NCBI GenBank assembly: GCA_030549845.1
Contig: JAUQQN010000009.1
Coordinates: 1 to 11,258 of the forward strand
Length of the DNA: 11,258 nt
Reading direction: 5' to 3'
Origin: Patescibacteria group bacterium
Lineage (GTDB): Bacteria; Patescibacteriota; Minisyncoccia; UBA6257; HR35
Shown here piece by piece: positions 1 to 9,531 of the stretch (position 1 is the first letter of the stretch; each line of letters starts with the position of its first letter). The position numbers and the translations under genes were made by a program. The notes beneath the pieces were generated by a model. It was not told where the DNA came from, searched no databases, and saw only the letters and a program-made list of their open reading frames with translations.

Positions 1-154
1 TAAGGTCTGCTATTCTTCTTGTATCTCTTAGATTTTCAAATATTTTTTGAGGTTTTATTATAGCTATTAATACTCCTACTAATGAAGCTATTATTGCTAG
101 AACTATTATGAGTTCTATTAGGGTAAAAGAAGAGTTAGAAAGTTTTTTTATCAT
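1..154 (-). CDS. type IV pilin-like protein, N-terminal fragment (gene runs off the left window edge)
   Basis: Hand translation of the reverse strand from the ATG at 154-152 gives MIKKLSNSS|FTLIELIIVLAIIASLVGVLIAIIKPQKIFENLRDTRRIADL, still open at position 2. It has a short basic leader, FTLIE with Glu at +5, and a hydrophobic helix of about 20 residues. An R-D-x-R-R-x-x-D-L stretch follows, as in type IV pilin alpha-1 helices. The -1 residue is Ser, not Gly. Confidence 0.8.
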   Translation of the reverse strand, partial: MIKKLSNSSFTLIELIIVLAIIASLVGVLIAIIKPQKIFENLRDTRRIADL

Positions 155-222
155 GTCAAGATTTAATTTTAACATGAGAATAAAAACATTTCTATGAAAT
201 AAAATCAGAAGAATATTATTTA

Positions 223-1125
223 TTAAGAACTTTTTATCGCTCTTGTAAATTCATATACAAAATCTTCCTCTTTTAAAATAAATTTTTTATATTTTCTATC
301 GAGATCTGAAAGTGTTTGTAAAATTTTTTTAATCTCCTCTTCTGAAATTTTTTTACTATATTCTCTCAGCTTCCATTGATAAGCAGGTTTTATATCTAAA
401 GTATTTAAAAGCTTTGTTTGATAAGGCTTGATCTTTTTTATTAATAATATTCTAAGCAAAGTTTTGTAAAGAAACCCTATTATCGATTCAATTTTAGTTC
501 CTATAACTATTTCCCTTTTCAATCTCATAATAAAATTTTCATATTTTCTATCCAAAAGAGCATCTACCAATTCAAAAATTTGACTATCAGTCGGCCATCT
601 TATAAGATTTAGTATTTCTTCTTTGGTAAATGTTCCGTTAGGTTTGTAATATTTTAATTTTTTTAAATCATTTAAGAGAATTGTAGGGTGATGTAAAAAA
701 ACTTCTGATAATGCAGAAAGGATTTTTGTTGGTATATGAATATTATGTTGTTCTGTATATTTTATTAAAAAGCCCAAAAAGTCTTCGGGTTTTTTAAAAG
801 ATAGGCTTGGTATTTCTTCAACTCTATGAGGAATTTTAAGATCTTTTAATTTTTTTAGAAAAACCTCAGTTTTTTGCTTAAAAATAAAAACAACGTTTTT
901 ATTTTTGATAAAATTTAAAAAATCTATATCTAAATCAATTTTATCTCCATCTTTCAAAACAATACAAATATCTTCTGTTGAGAATAATCTTTGATTTAAG
1001 TACTGAGTTAGTTTTTGCTTTAATTCCTTATCTTTCAAAGAAAAAACAACCTTATTTTTAAAATTTAAATCCTCTAATTTTTCTTCAATCAAATAATCTT
1101 CTTCGCCAATAAAAATATAAATCAT
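223..1125 (-). CDS. holA: DNA polymerase III subunit delta
   Basis: The N-terminus MIYIFIGEEDYLIEEKL matches the delta-subunit signature (iyl.yGee.yl). IFELVDALLDRKYENF and the later DLDRKYK correspond to the conserved iFeLvDAl and e.D..iK segments, and the length is about 300 aa. The ORF-track start at 1137 is a TTG. I prefer the in-frame ATG at 1125, which puts the conserved motif right at the N-terminus. Confidence 0.75.
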   Translation of the reverse strand: MIYIFIGEEDYLIEEKLEDLNFKNKVVFSLKDKELKQKLTQYLNQRLFSTEDICIVLKDGDKIDLDIDFLNFIKNKNVVFIFKQKTEVFLKKLKDLKIPHRVEEIPSLSFKKPEDFLGFLIKYTEQHNIHIPTKILSALSEVFLHHPTILLNDLKKLKYYKPNGTFTKEEILNLIRWPTDSQIFELVDALLDRKYENFIMRLKREIVIGTKIESIIGFLYKTLLRILLIKKIKPYQTKLLNTLDIKPAYQWKLREYSKKISEEEIKKILQTLSDLDRKYKKFILKEEDFVYEFTRAIKSS

Positions 1126-1154
1126 ATCTTGCAACAATTATAAACTTAAGGTTT

Positions 1155-1442
1155 TTATTTTACAAGTTCTTTCAATTCTTTTGCTGGAGTAAATCTTGGA
1201 ACTCTTTTAGCAGGTACAGTAATTTTTTCTCCAGTTTTTGGATTAATTGCACTCCTTGCCTTTCTTTCCCTTACTTTAAAAGTACCAAGTCCTGGAATTT
1301 TTACCTTGTTTCCTTGTTTAATGTATTGACCGATTAGTTCTGTGAAATAATTTAACATTTCTACGACTGTTTTTTTCGGAATATCAAATTTCTCTGCAAT
1401 TTTTTGAGCTATTTGATCTCTTTTAATTGTTTGTTGGGCCAT
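1155..1442 (-). CDS. hup: DNA-binding protein HU (HU/IHF family)
   Basis: The protein is 95 aa. GLGTFKVRERKARSAINPKTGEKITVPAKRVPRFTPAKELKELV is the HU beta-arm and C-terminal signature (R.R.aR.grNP.TGe.i.ipa..vp.F.pgk.Lk). The N-terminal helix-turn-helix segment reads ...IAEKFDIPKKTVVEMLN. Confidence 0.93.
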   Translation of the reverse strand: MAQQTIKRDQIAQKIAEKFDIPKKTVVEMLNYFTELIGQYIKQGNKVKIPGLGTFKVRERKARSAINPKTGEKITVPAKRVPRFTPAKELKELVK

Positions 1443-1519
1443 ATTAATTTAAAATTTAATCTCGACCTATATAAATTTTAAAATATTTTTAAAGAAAAAG
1501 GCGCAATAATGTGGATAAA

Positions 1520-3058
1520 TTATTTTGCATATTCAATGGCTTTATTTTCTCTTATAACCACTACTTTTATTTCCCCTGGGAACCTTATAGATTCTTCGAT
1601 TTTTTGGGCTAATTCTTTAGCTAATTTGAATATCTCTAAATCTGAAATGGCTTCAGGCTTTACAAATACCCATAATTCCCTTCCTCCACTAATTGCATAA
1701 GCCTTTTCTACTTCTCCATAGCTATAAGCTAATTTTTCTAATGCCTCTACTCTTTGAAGATATGCTTCTGTTACTTCTGATCTGGCACCTGGTCTTTTAG
1801 ATGATATTGCATCTGCTGCTAATACTAAAAACGCTTCAGGTACCGCAAAAGGATAAGTTTCATGGTGGGATCTCATCGCTAATATTACTTTTTCTTCTAT
1901 ATTGTATCTTTCCAAAATTTTTATACCTATTTCTAAATGAGAACCTTCTATCTCATGAGTAACAGATTTTCCTATATCATGTAAAAATCCTGCTTTTTTA
2001 GCTAAATCTGCATCTAAATTTAACTCTTCAGCTAGCATTCGTGCAAAAGTAGCTACTTCTATAGAGTGTTGAAGTAGATTTTGTCCATAGCTGTATCTGA
2101 ATTTTAATCTTCCCATTAAATGCAAAATCTCAGATGGCAAATCGAAAATTTTCAATTCTAATGCTGCTTGTTCTCCTGCTGTCTTGACTTCTTTTTCAAT
2201 TTCTTCTTTTGCCCATATCAAAGCTTCTTCTATAGATGCAGGATGTATTCTTCCGTCTTTTATTAATCTCTCAAGTGCTAATTTTGCAACTTCTCTTCTT
2301 ACAGGGTCAAAGGAGGATATAGTTACTATTTCGGGGGTTTCATCGATTATCAATTGAACTCCTGCTAATTTTTCAAAATATCTTATATTTCTCCCTTCTT
2401 TACCTATAATCCTCCCTTTCATTTCCTCATTTGGTAGATTAACAGTAGTAATATTTATTTCACTTGCAACTGATCTACTATATTTAGGCATTACTTCTAG
2501 TATAATTTCTTGAGCTTTTTTCTCTATTTCTTCCCTTTGGTTGTTCATAAGCTTAGATATTCTTTGAACCAATATTTTTTCATTTTCTTTTTCTATATTT
2601 TCAAACAAAATTTTTAGAGCCTCTTCTTTTGATAAATTTGCTATTTCTTCAAGTTTTTTTTCGTATTCTGCTTTCAATTTTTCTAGATGCTCTTCTTGAA
2701 CCTTAAGAATTTCTTCTTTTTCCTTATATTTTTTCCTTTCCTCTTCTAAAGATTTTTCTAAATTCTCTAAAATCTCTTCTCTTCTTGCAATCCTTTCTTC
2801 TCTTACGTTCAAGTCTTCTAAAATTTTTAATCGTTCATTTTTAGCACTCTCAACTATTTCTAAAGCTCGCTGCTCTGCTTCTAAAATAATCTCTTTTTCT
2901 TTTTGTTTTAGCTCTTCAATTCTAGCTTTTAGTTTTTGCTCTAGGGAAGTTGCCTTTTTTTGAATGAATATATATCGAATTAGTATTCCTACTATTATTC
3001 CCAAAATAAAACTCAATAATAAAGGAATAAGAGATTGGGTTATGTTCATAGTAATCAT
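1520..3058 (-). CDS. rny: ribonuclease Y
   Basis: The protein is 512 aa with the canonical architecture. It has an N-terminal TM helix (LIPLLLSFILGIIVGILI) and a long E/K-rich coiled coil. A KH domain follows (GRIIGKEGRNIRYFEKLAGVQLIIDETPEIVTISSFDPVRREVAKLALERLIKDGRIHP), then an HD domain (HSIEVA...GFLHDIGK...HH). Confidence 0.95.
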   Translation of the reverse strand: MITMNITQSLIPLLLSFILGIIVGILIRYIFIQKKATSLEQKLKARIEELKQKEKEIILEAEQRALEIVESAKNERLKILEDLNVREERIARREEILENLEKSLEEERKKYKEKEEILKVQEEHLEKLKAEYEKKLEEIANLSKEEALKILFENIEKENEKILVQRISKLMNNQREEIEKKAQEIILEVMPKYSRSVASEINITTVNLPNEEMKGRIIGKEGRNIRYFEKLAGVQLIIDETPEIVTISSFDPVRREVAKLALERLIKDGRIHPASIEEALIWAKEEIEKEVKTAGEQAALELKIFDLPSEILHLMGRLKFRYSYGQNLLQHSIEVATFARMLAEELNLDADLAKKAGFLHDIGKSVTHEIEGSHLEIGIKILERYNIEEKVILAMRSHHETYPFAVPEAFLVLAADAISSKRPGARSEVTEAYLQRVEALEKLAYSYGEVEKAYAISGGRELWVFVKPEAISDLEIFKLAKELAQKIEESIRFPGEIKVVVIRENKAIEYAK

Positions 3059-3108
3059 GGTGTAATTTTAAAACCCAAATTTCGGCCTTCATCTTATAAT
3101 TATTATAA
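3059..3108. promoter_or_regulatory. divergent rny/gpmI intergenic region with -10-like hexamers for both genes
   Basis: This 50-nt gap must carry both promoters. TATAAT at 3095-3100 (plus strand) lies 8 nt before the gpmI ATG. TAAAAT on the minus strand (3065-3070) lies 6 nt before the rny ATG. I found no convincing -35 element for either. Confidence 0.3.
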
Positions 3109-4674
3109 ATGAAAAAAGTTCTCTTAATAATATTGACTGGATTTGGGGAAGGAAGAGAAGATTATACAAATCCCATATATTTAGCTAAGAAGAATTTTTT
3201 TAATTTTATAAAAAACCACTATCCGGTGCTCTTATTACAAGCTTCAGGAATTGTTGTAGGCTTACCGTGGAAAGAACCTGGAAACAGTGAAGCAGGTCAT
3301 TTAGCGATAGGAACAGGAAAAATTTATTATAAAAATTATCCACGAATAAATTTATCTATAAAAGATGGGAGCTTTTTTGAAAATCCTGTTTTGAAATCTC
3401 TATTAGAGCATACAAGGAAAAATAAAAGTAGAGCGCATTTAATAGGCCTACTATCAAAAAGCATTATACATTCAGCTTTTGAACACTTAATAGCGTTGTT
3501 AAATTTTTTTAAAAATAACAATTTCAAAGATGTTTTCCTTCATTTATTCTTAGATGGTAAGGATAGCCCACCCCAATCTGGTTTAGAGCTTTTAGAAAAT
3601 TTAGAAAATGAAATAAATAAAATAGGCATAGGAGAAATAGCTACTTTATGTGGTAGAAATTATGGAATGGATGAAAGTAGAGATTGGAAAATAAGAACTC
3701 AAACAGCTTTTTTTCTTATATCTGAAGGAATTGGCAGGAAGGTTTCAGATTATAAAGAGTACTTAAAAAATATTTATGAAAAAGAACCCAATTTTTCGGA
3801 TGCCAATCTAGAACCATTATTAATAAATAAAAATGGGATTTTAAAAGATAATGATGCTATATTTTTCTTTAATTTTAGAGAAGATGGGATGTATCAAATT
3901 GCAAAATCTTTCTTAGATCCTAATTTTGGCGAGTTTGAAAGACCGATAAAGTCTAATTTATTTATTGCTTCGATGACAAAATATTTAGAAGAAATAGATT
4001 ATCCTGTAGCTTTTCCTCCTGTTAAGATAAAAAATTGTCTATCAAGAATCATATCAGAAAAAGGATATAAGCATTTAAAAATAATCGAGCAAAATAAGGC
4101 AGATAATCTCACATATTATTTAAATGGATATATTAAAGAGCCACACCCAGGTGAATTTTGGAAAATTTTACCAGACTATAAGGGCAATTATAAAGAAAAT
4201 CCGCTTTTGCAGTCTGAGTTAATAACAGATTTAACAATTGAAGCAATTAAAGAAAACATTTATCACTTAATTATTTCTGAATATTCTGCTCCAGATATTA
4301 TTGGCCATAGTGGAGATATTAGTTTGGCCACGAAATTAATTGAGGGATTAGATAGTTTACTTTTAAAAATTTACAAGTTTTTAGAAAATCAGAATGATTG
4401 GTATTTAATAATTACAAGCGATCATGGAAATATTGAGTGTATGATAAATCCATTTACAGGAGAAGTGGATACAAAACATAATTTAAATCCTGTTCCTTGT
4501 TATATAATTAACAAAGATTTATATGTAGAAAATAAAACTATCACGGTCATTAGAGAAGAAAAGAAAATAAGAGGCACATTAATAGATATTCCTGTTACAA
4601 TTTTAAATTTAATGGGAATACCCAAACCTGAAGATTTTGAGGGCGAAAATTTATTAAACAAAATTTTCAAATGA
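3109..4674 (+). CDS. gpmI: 2,3-bisphosphoglycerate-independent phosphoglycerate mutase family protein (divergent)
   Basis: The protein is 521 aa and collinear with iPGM. Matching segments are GNSEAGHLAIGTG (phosphoserine motif), LFLDGKD, GEIATLCGRNYGMD, FNFREDG, APDIIGHSG, ITSDHGN and KHNLNPVP. Several canonical catalytic or substrate-binding residues are replaced (see findings), so the exact activity is less certain than the family assignment. Confidence 0.8.
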   Translation: MKKVLLIILTGFGEGREDYTNPIYLAKKNFFNFIKNHYPVLLLQASGIVVGLPWKEPGNSEAGHLAIGTGKIYYKNYPRINLSIKDGSFFENPVLKSLLEHTRKNKSRAHLIGLLSKSIIHSAFEHLIALLNFFKNNNFKDVFLHLFLDGKDSPPQSGLELLENLENEINKIGIGEIATLCGRNYGMDESRDWKIRTQTAFFLISEGIGRKVSDYKEYLKNIYEKEPNFSDANLEPLLINKNGILKDNDAIFFFNFREDGMYQIAKSFLDPNFGEFERPIKSNLFIASMTKYLEEIDYPVAFPPVKIKNCLSRIISEKGYKHLKIIEQNKADNLTYYLNGYIKEPHPGEFWKILPDYKGNYKENPLLQSELITDLTIEAIKENIYHLIISEYSAPDIIGHSGDISLATKLIEGLDSLLLKIYKFLENQNDWYLIITSDHGNIECMINPFTGEVDTKHNLNPVPCYIINKDLYVENKTITVIREEKKIRGTLIDIPVTILNLMGIPKPEDFEGENLLNKIFK

Positions 4675-5861
4675 ATAAAGAAAATTATCTTTTAATTACC
4701 TGTTTGATAATTTTGATAATAAGCGTCGTTTTAACTTTTACAAATTTTATAAGATTTAAATTTGGCCTTGAAATAGAAGGAGGGACTATTCTTTATTATG
4801 ATGCTGATATTTCTAAGGTTGCCAAAGAAGAAATTGAAAGTACTTTAAGTGCTGTAAAAGATTTAATTGAAAGAAGAATAAATTATTTAGGAATAGCTGA
4901 AATTAATGTTTCTTATTCAAAAAATGGAAGAATAATTGTTGAAATACCAAATATAAAAGATCCAGAATTAGCTAAAAAAACAATAGGAGAAACACCTATT
5001 TTAGAATTTAAAGTACCATTAGAAGTTGGGACATCTACAGTTTTCGTACCATCACCTTTAACAGGAAAATACTTAAAAACAGCGAATGTAGAAATACATC
5101 CTCAAACAGGTTTACCTATAGTCAGTCTAGAATTTGATAATGAAGGCACAAAAATTTTTGCTGAGCTTACAAAAAAATATATAGGAAAACCAATAGCAAT
5201 ATATTTAGATAATAATTTAATTTCATCACCTATAGTAAGAGAAGAAATAAGTAGTGGTAAGGCTATAATTGAAGGAAATTTTTCTTTAGAAGAAGCTAGA
5301 GATCTAGCAAGTAAGTTAAAACAAGGAGCCCTTCCTGTAGCTTTAAAATTAGTAGGAAGTAGCGTCGTAAATCCTAAATTGGGACATGAAAGCCTAAAGA
5401 AGGTGACAATTGGAGGTATATATGGATTTCTTCTTATATTGATTTTTATGTTAGTTTTTTACAGAATTCATGGAATAATAGCAAATATAGCTTTAATTTT
5501 TTATCTATTTTTTAATTTACTTTTGTATAAATTATTAGGGGTAGCTTTATCGCTTTCTGGAATTGTGGGATTTATTCTTTCAATAGGAATGGCAGTTGAT
5601 GCGAATATTTTAATAGCTGAGAGGATTAAGGAGGAAAAAACAAGGATGAAAATAAGAGACGCAATATTGGAAGGATTTAACAGAGCTTGGCCTTCCATAA
5701 GAGATTCAAATATATCTACAATTATTTCTTGTATCTTAATGTATATAATTGCTACATCTTTTGTTAAAGGATTTGCAATAACTTTAGGTCTTGGTGTTTT
5801 AATTAGCATGCTTACTGCTGTATTTTTAACAAAAATCTTAACCCTAAAAATATTGAAGTAA
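4671..5861 (+). CDS. secD: protein translocase subunit SecD
   Basis: It has an N-terminal TM helix, then GLEIEGGT (the GLDLxGG motif). GKPIAIYLDNNLISSPIVREEISSGKAIIEGNFSLEEARDLASKLKQGALPVALK matches the SecD periplasmic domain. A C-terminal five-TM block carries SIGMAVDANILIAERIKEE. The start overlaps the gpmI stop as ATGA. Confidence 0.9.
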   Translation: MNKENYLLITCLIILIISVVLTFTNFIRFKFGLEIEGGTILYYDADISKVAKEEIESTLSAVKDLIERRINYLGIAEINVSYSKNGRIIVEIPNIKDPELAKKTIGETPILEFKVPLEVGTSTVFVPSPLTGKYLKTANVEIHPQTGLPIVSLEFDNEGTKIFAELTKKYIGKPIAIYLDNNLISSPIVREEISSGKAIIEGNFSLEEARDLASKLKQGALPVALKLVGSSVVNPKLGHESLKKVTIGGIYGFLLILIFMLVFYRIHGIIANIALIFYLFFNLLLYKLLGVALSLSGIVGFILSIGMAVDANILIAERIKEEKTRMKIRDAILEGFNRAWPSIRDSNISTIISCILMYIIATSFVKGFAITLGLGVLISMLTAVFLTKILTLKILK

Positions 5862-5916
5862 TTCCTAACTAAAACTTTTTAATGTAGAATCCTATCCTTT
5901 AAAAATTTTTGATTTC

Positions 5917-5944
5917 TTGACTTTGGATTAAATTTAAATAAAAT
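5917..5944 (+). promoter_or_regulatory. candidate sigma70-type promoter for greA (TTGACT-16 nt-TAAAAT)
   Basis: TTGACT lies at 5917-5922 and TAAAAT at 5939-5944, with a 16-nt spacer. Both sit in the only sizeable intergenic gap (5862-5954), 10 nt upstream of the greA ATG. AT-rich DNA makes chance -10-like hexamers common, but the near-consensus -35 is less expected. Confidence 0.35.
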
Positions 5945-5954
5945 TTTATTTATT

Positions 5955-8552
<2,598 letters not shown>

Positions 8553-8563
8553 TTATAAAAAGT

Positions 8564-9007
8564 TTATTGGATAGGTAAAATTATAGGAAAAATTATAAAT
8601 AAAACTCTGCTATTGTTTCCCCTAAATCCTTCTGAATCTATTCTAAGGTATTCTTTACCACTTTTTGAAGAAGTTGATACATTAAGGTTAATAACCATGT
8701 TTCCTATTTGCAAGTCTTTTGTATAACCTACTTTGTAACGTCTATATATGCTTCTTTTATGCTCTCCATGACTATGTGATCCCCCGCTTGATGGATCATA
8801 TAAATCTGTATTTTCATCTAGAGATTGGTTTAATAACTCTAATTCCAAACCTGCTTCAGCACTTGCTATCGCTTGATAAGTATCTGTTGTTTCTTTCATA
8901 GCTCTTAAGTTGCTTAAGACAGGCAAAAGCAAAACAAAAATCACTACACTTGATAAAATCACAGCAAAAACGATTACTAATAAAACTTGAGCTCTTTTTA
9001 TGGACAT
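8564..9007 (-). CDS. PilX/GspK/ComGG-like putative pilus-tip minor pilin
   Basis: The protein is 147 aa. The N-terminus MSIKRAQVLLVIVFAVILSSVVIFVLLLPV is a basic leader plus hydrophobic helix with no Gly-Phe and no Glu at +5. It is followed by YQAIASAEAGLE, which resembles the PilX N-terminal domain signature (A..AEAGle). It is the last gene of the pilin-like series, and its ATG lies inside the last codons of the upstream gene (10-nt overlap). Confidence 0.55.
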   Translation of the reverse strand: MSIKRAQVLLVIVFAVILSSVVIFVLLLPVLSNLRAMKETTDTYQAIASAEAGLELELLNQSLDENTDLYDPSSGGSHSHGEHKRSIYRRYKVGYTKDLQIGNMVINLNVSTSSKSGKEYLRIDSEGFRGNNSRVLFIIFPIILPIQ

Positions 9008-9531
9008 GGTGATGAAGGAAAAATACTATTAATTGGCGCTACAGAAATTTGAAAGTTTAGGGGCACATAAAAATTTTGCATATTTGCCTCAGCTCGAATT
9101 GCTAAAGTTATAAGCTTAATTGACCTTTGACTGTAATCTGCATTTGGATCATCAGATAAATTTCCTGTTGTATATATTTCAAAACTATTTATTTTTATTA
9201 AATCAGGATCAGTCAAATTTGAAGGTTTTCCATTTAATTTATAAATTAACGAGCTGCCATTATAAGAAATAGCTACCTCTCCGCAGTCGTATACTCTTTT
9301 AAACGTTATTTCATTTGTTGAAGTGGTGAAATTTACTCCATATTTCATTTCTCTCCAAATTTTTTCTAAGCCAAGCCTAAAATTTCCTAATGTTGCTTGC
9401 AATCTTTGGTTTATTAATTGTTGCCTTACTAAATTTATATAGGAAACAGAAAAAATACCTATTCCAATTATAAAAACTAAAAGAGAAACCATAACCTCGA
9501 TTACGGTAAAACCCTTCTTCTTTAAAACCAT
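8998..9531 (-). CDS. prepilin-type minor pilin (PilW/GspJ/ComGF-like position)
   Basis: The protein is 177 aa. It has a canonical class III signal peptide, MVLKKKG|FTVIEVMVSLLVFIIGIGIF, with Gly at -1, Phe at +1 and Glu at +5. The downstream RLGLEKIWREMKYG resembles the PilW-like l..l.rdir.aG segment. It overlaps the upstream gene by 10 nt. Confidence 0.7.
   Translation of the reverse strand: MVLKKKGFTVIEVMVSLLVFIIGIGIFSVSYINLVRQQLINQRLQATLGNFRLGLEKIWREMKYGVNFTTSTNEITFKRVYDCGEVAISYNGSSLIYKLNGKPSNLTDPDLIKINSFEIYTTGNLSDDPNADYSQRSIKLITLAIRAEANMQNFYVPLNFQISVAPINSIFPSSPCP

Noticed and set aside
1126-1137. The track start of holA at 1137 (MLQDMIY...).
   Set aside because: The codon at 1137-1135 is TTG. 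An ATG four codons downstream (1125) places the conserved iYl.yGee.yl motif at the extreme N-terminus, as in other HolA proteins. The difference is only 12 nt and remains unproven.
2560-2960. Repetitive-looking DNA (ttcttc, tttttc and ctcttc runs) inside rny that might suggest a tandem repeat.
   Set aside because: It is the antisense of GAA/AAA/GAG codons encoding the E/K-rich coiled coil typical of RNase Y. I found no fixed repeat unit or period.
4669-4676. Possible alternative genetic code (TGA recoding), as occurs in some candidate phyla and Mollicutes.
   Set aside because: TGA ends gpmI at the position expected from the iPGM family length, within an ATGA overlap with secD. All conserved proteins are full length under code 11 with no in-frame TGA.
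5501-5809. The 102-aa minus-strand ORF inside secD. The same question applies to the other short track ORFs at 1509-1700, 3336-3527, 6095-6307, 6856-7080, 7408-7596, 8719-8901 and 10726-10938.
   Set aside because: All of them lie entirely antisense to, or out of frame within, long ORFs that have clear family signatures. Their translations are low-complexity (Phe/Ile/Lys/Ser-rich) with no recognisable motifs. They are the expected shadow ORFs of AT-rich coding DNA.
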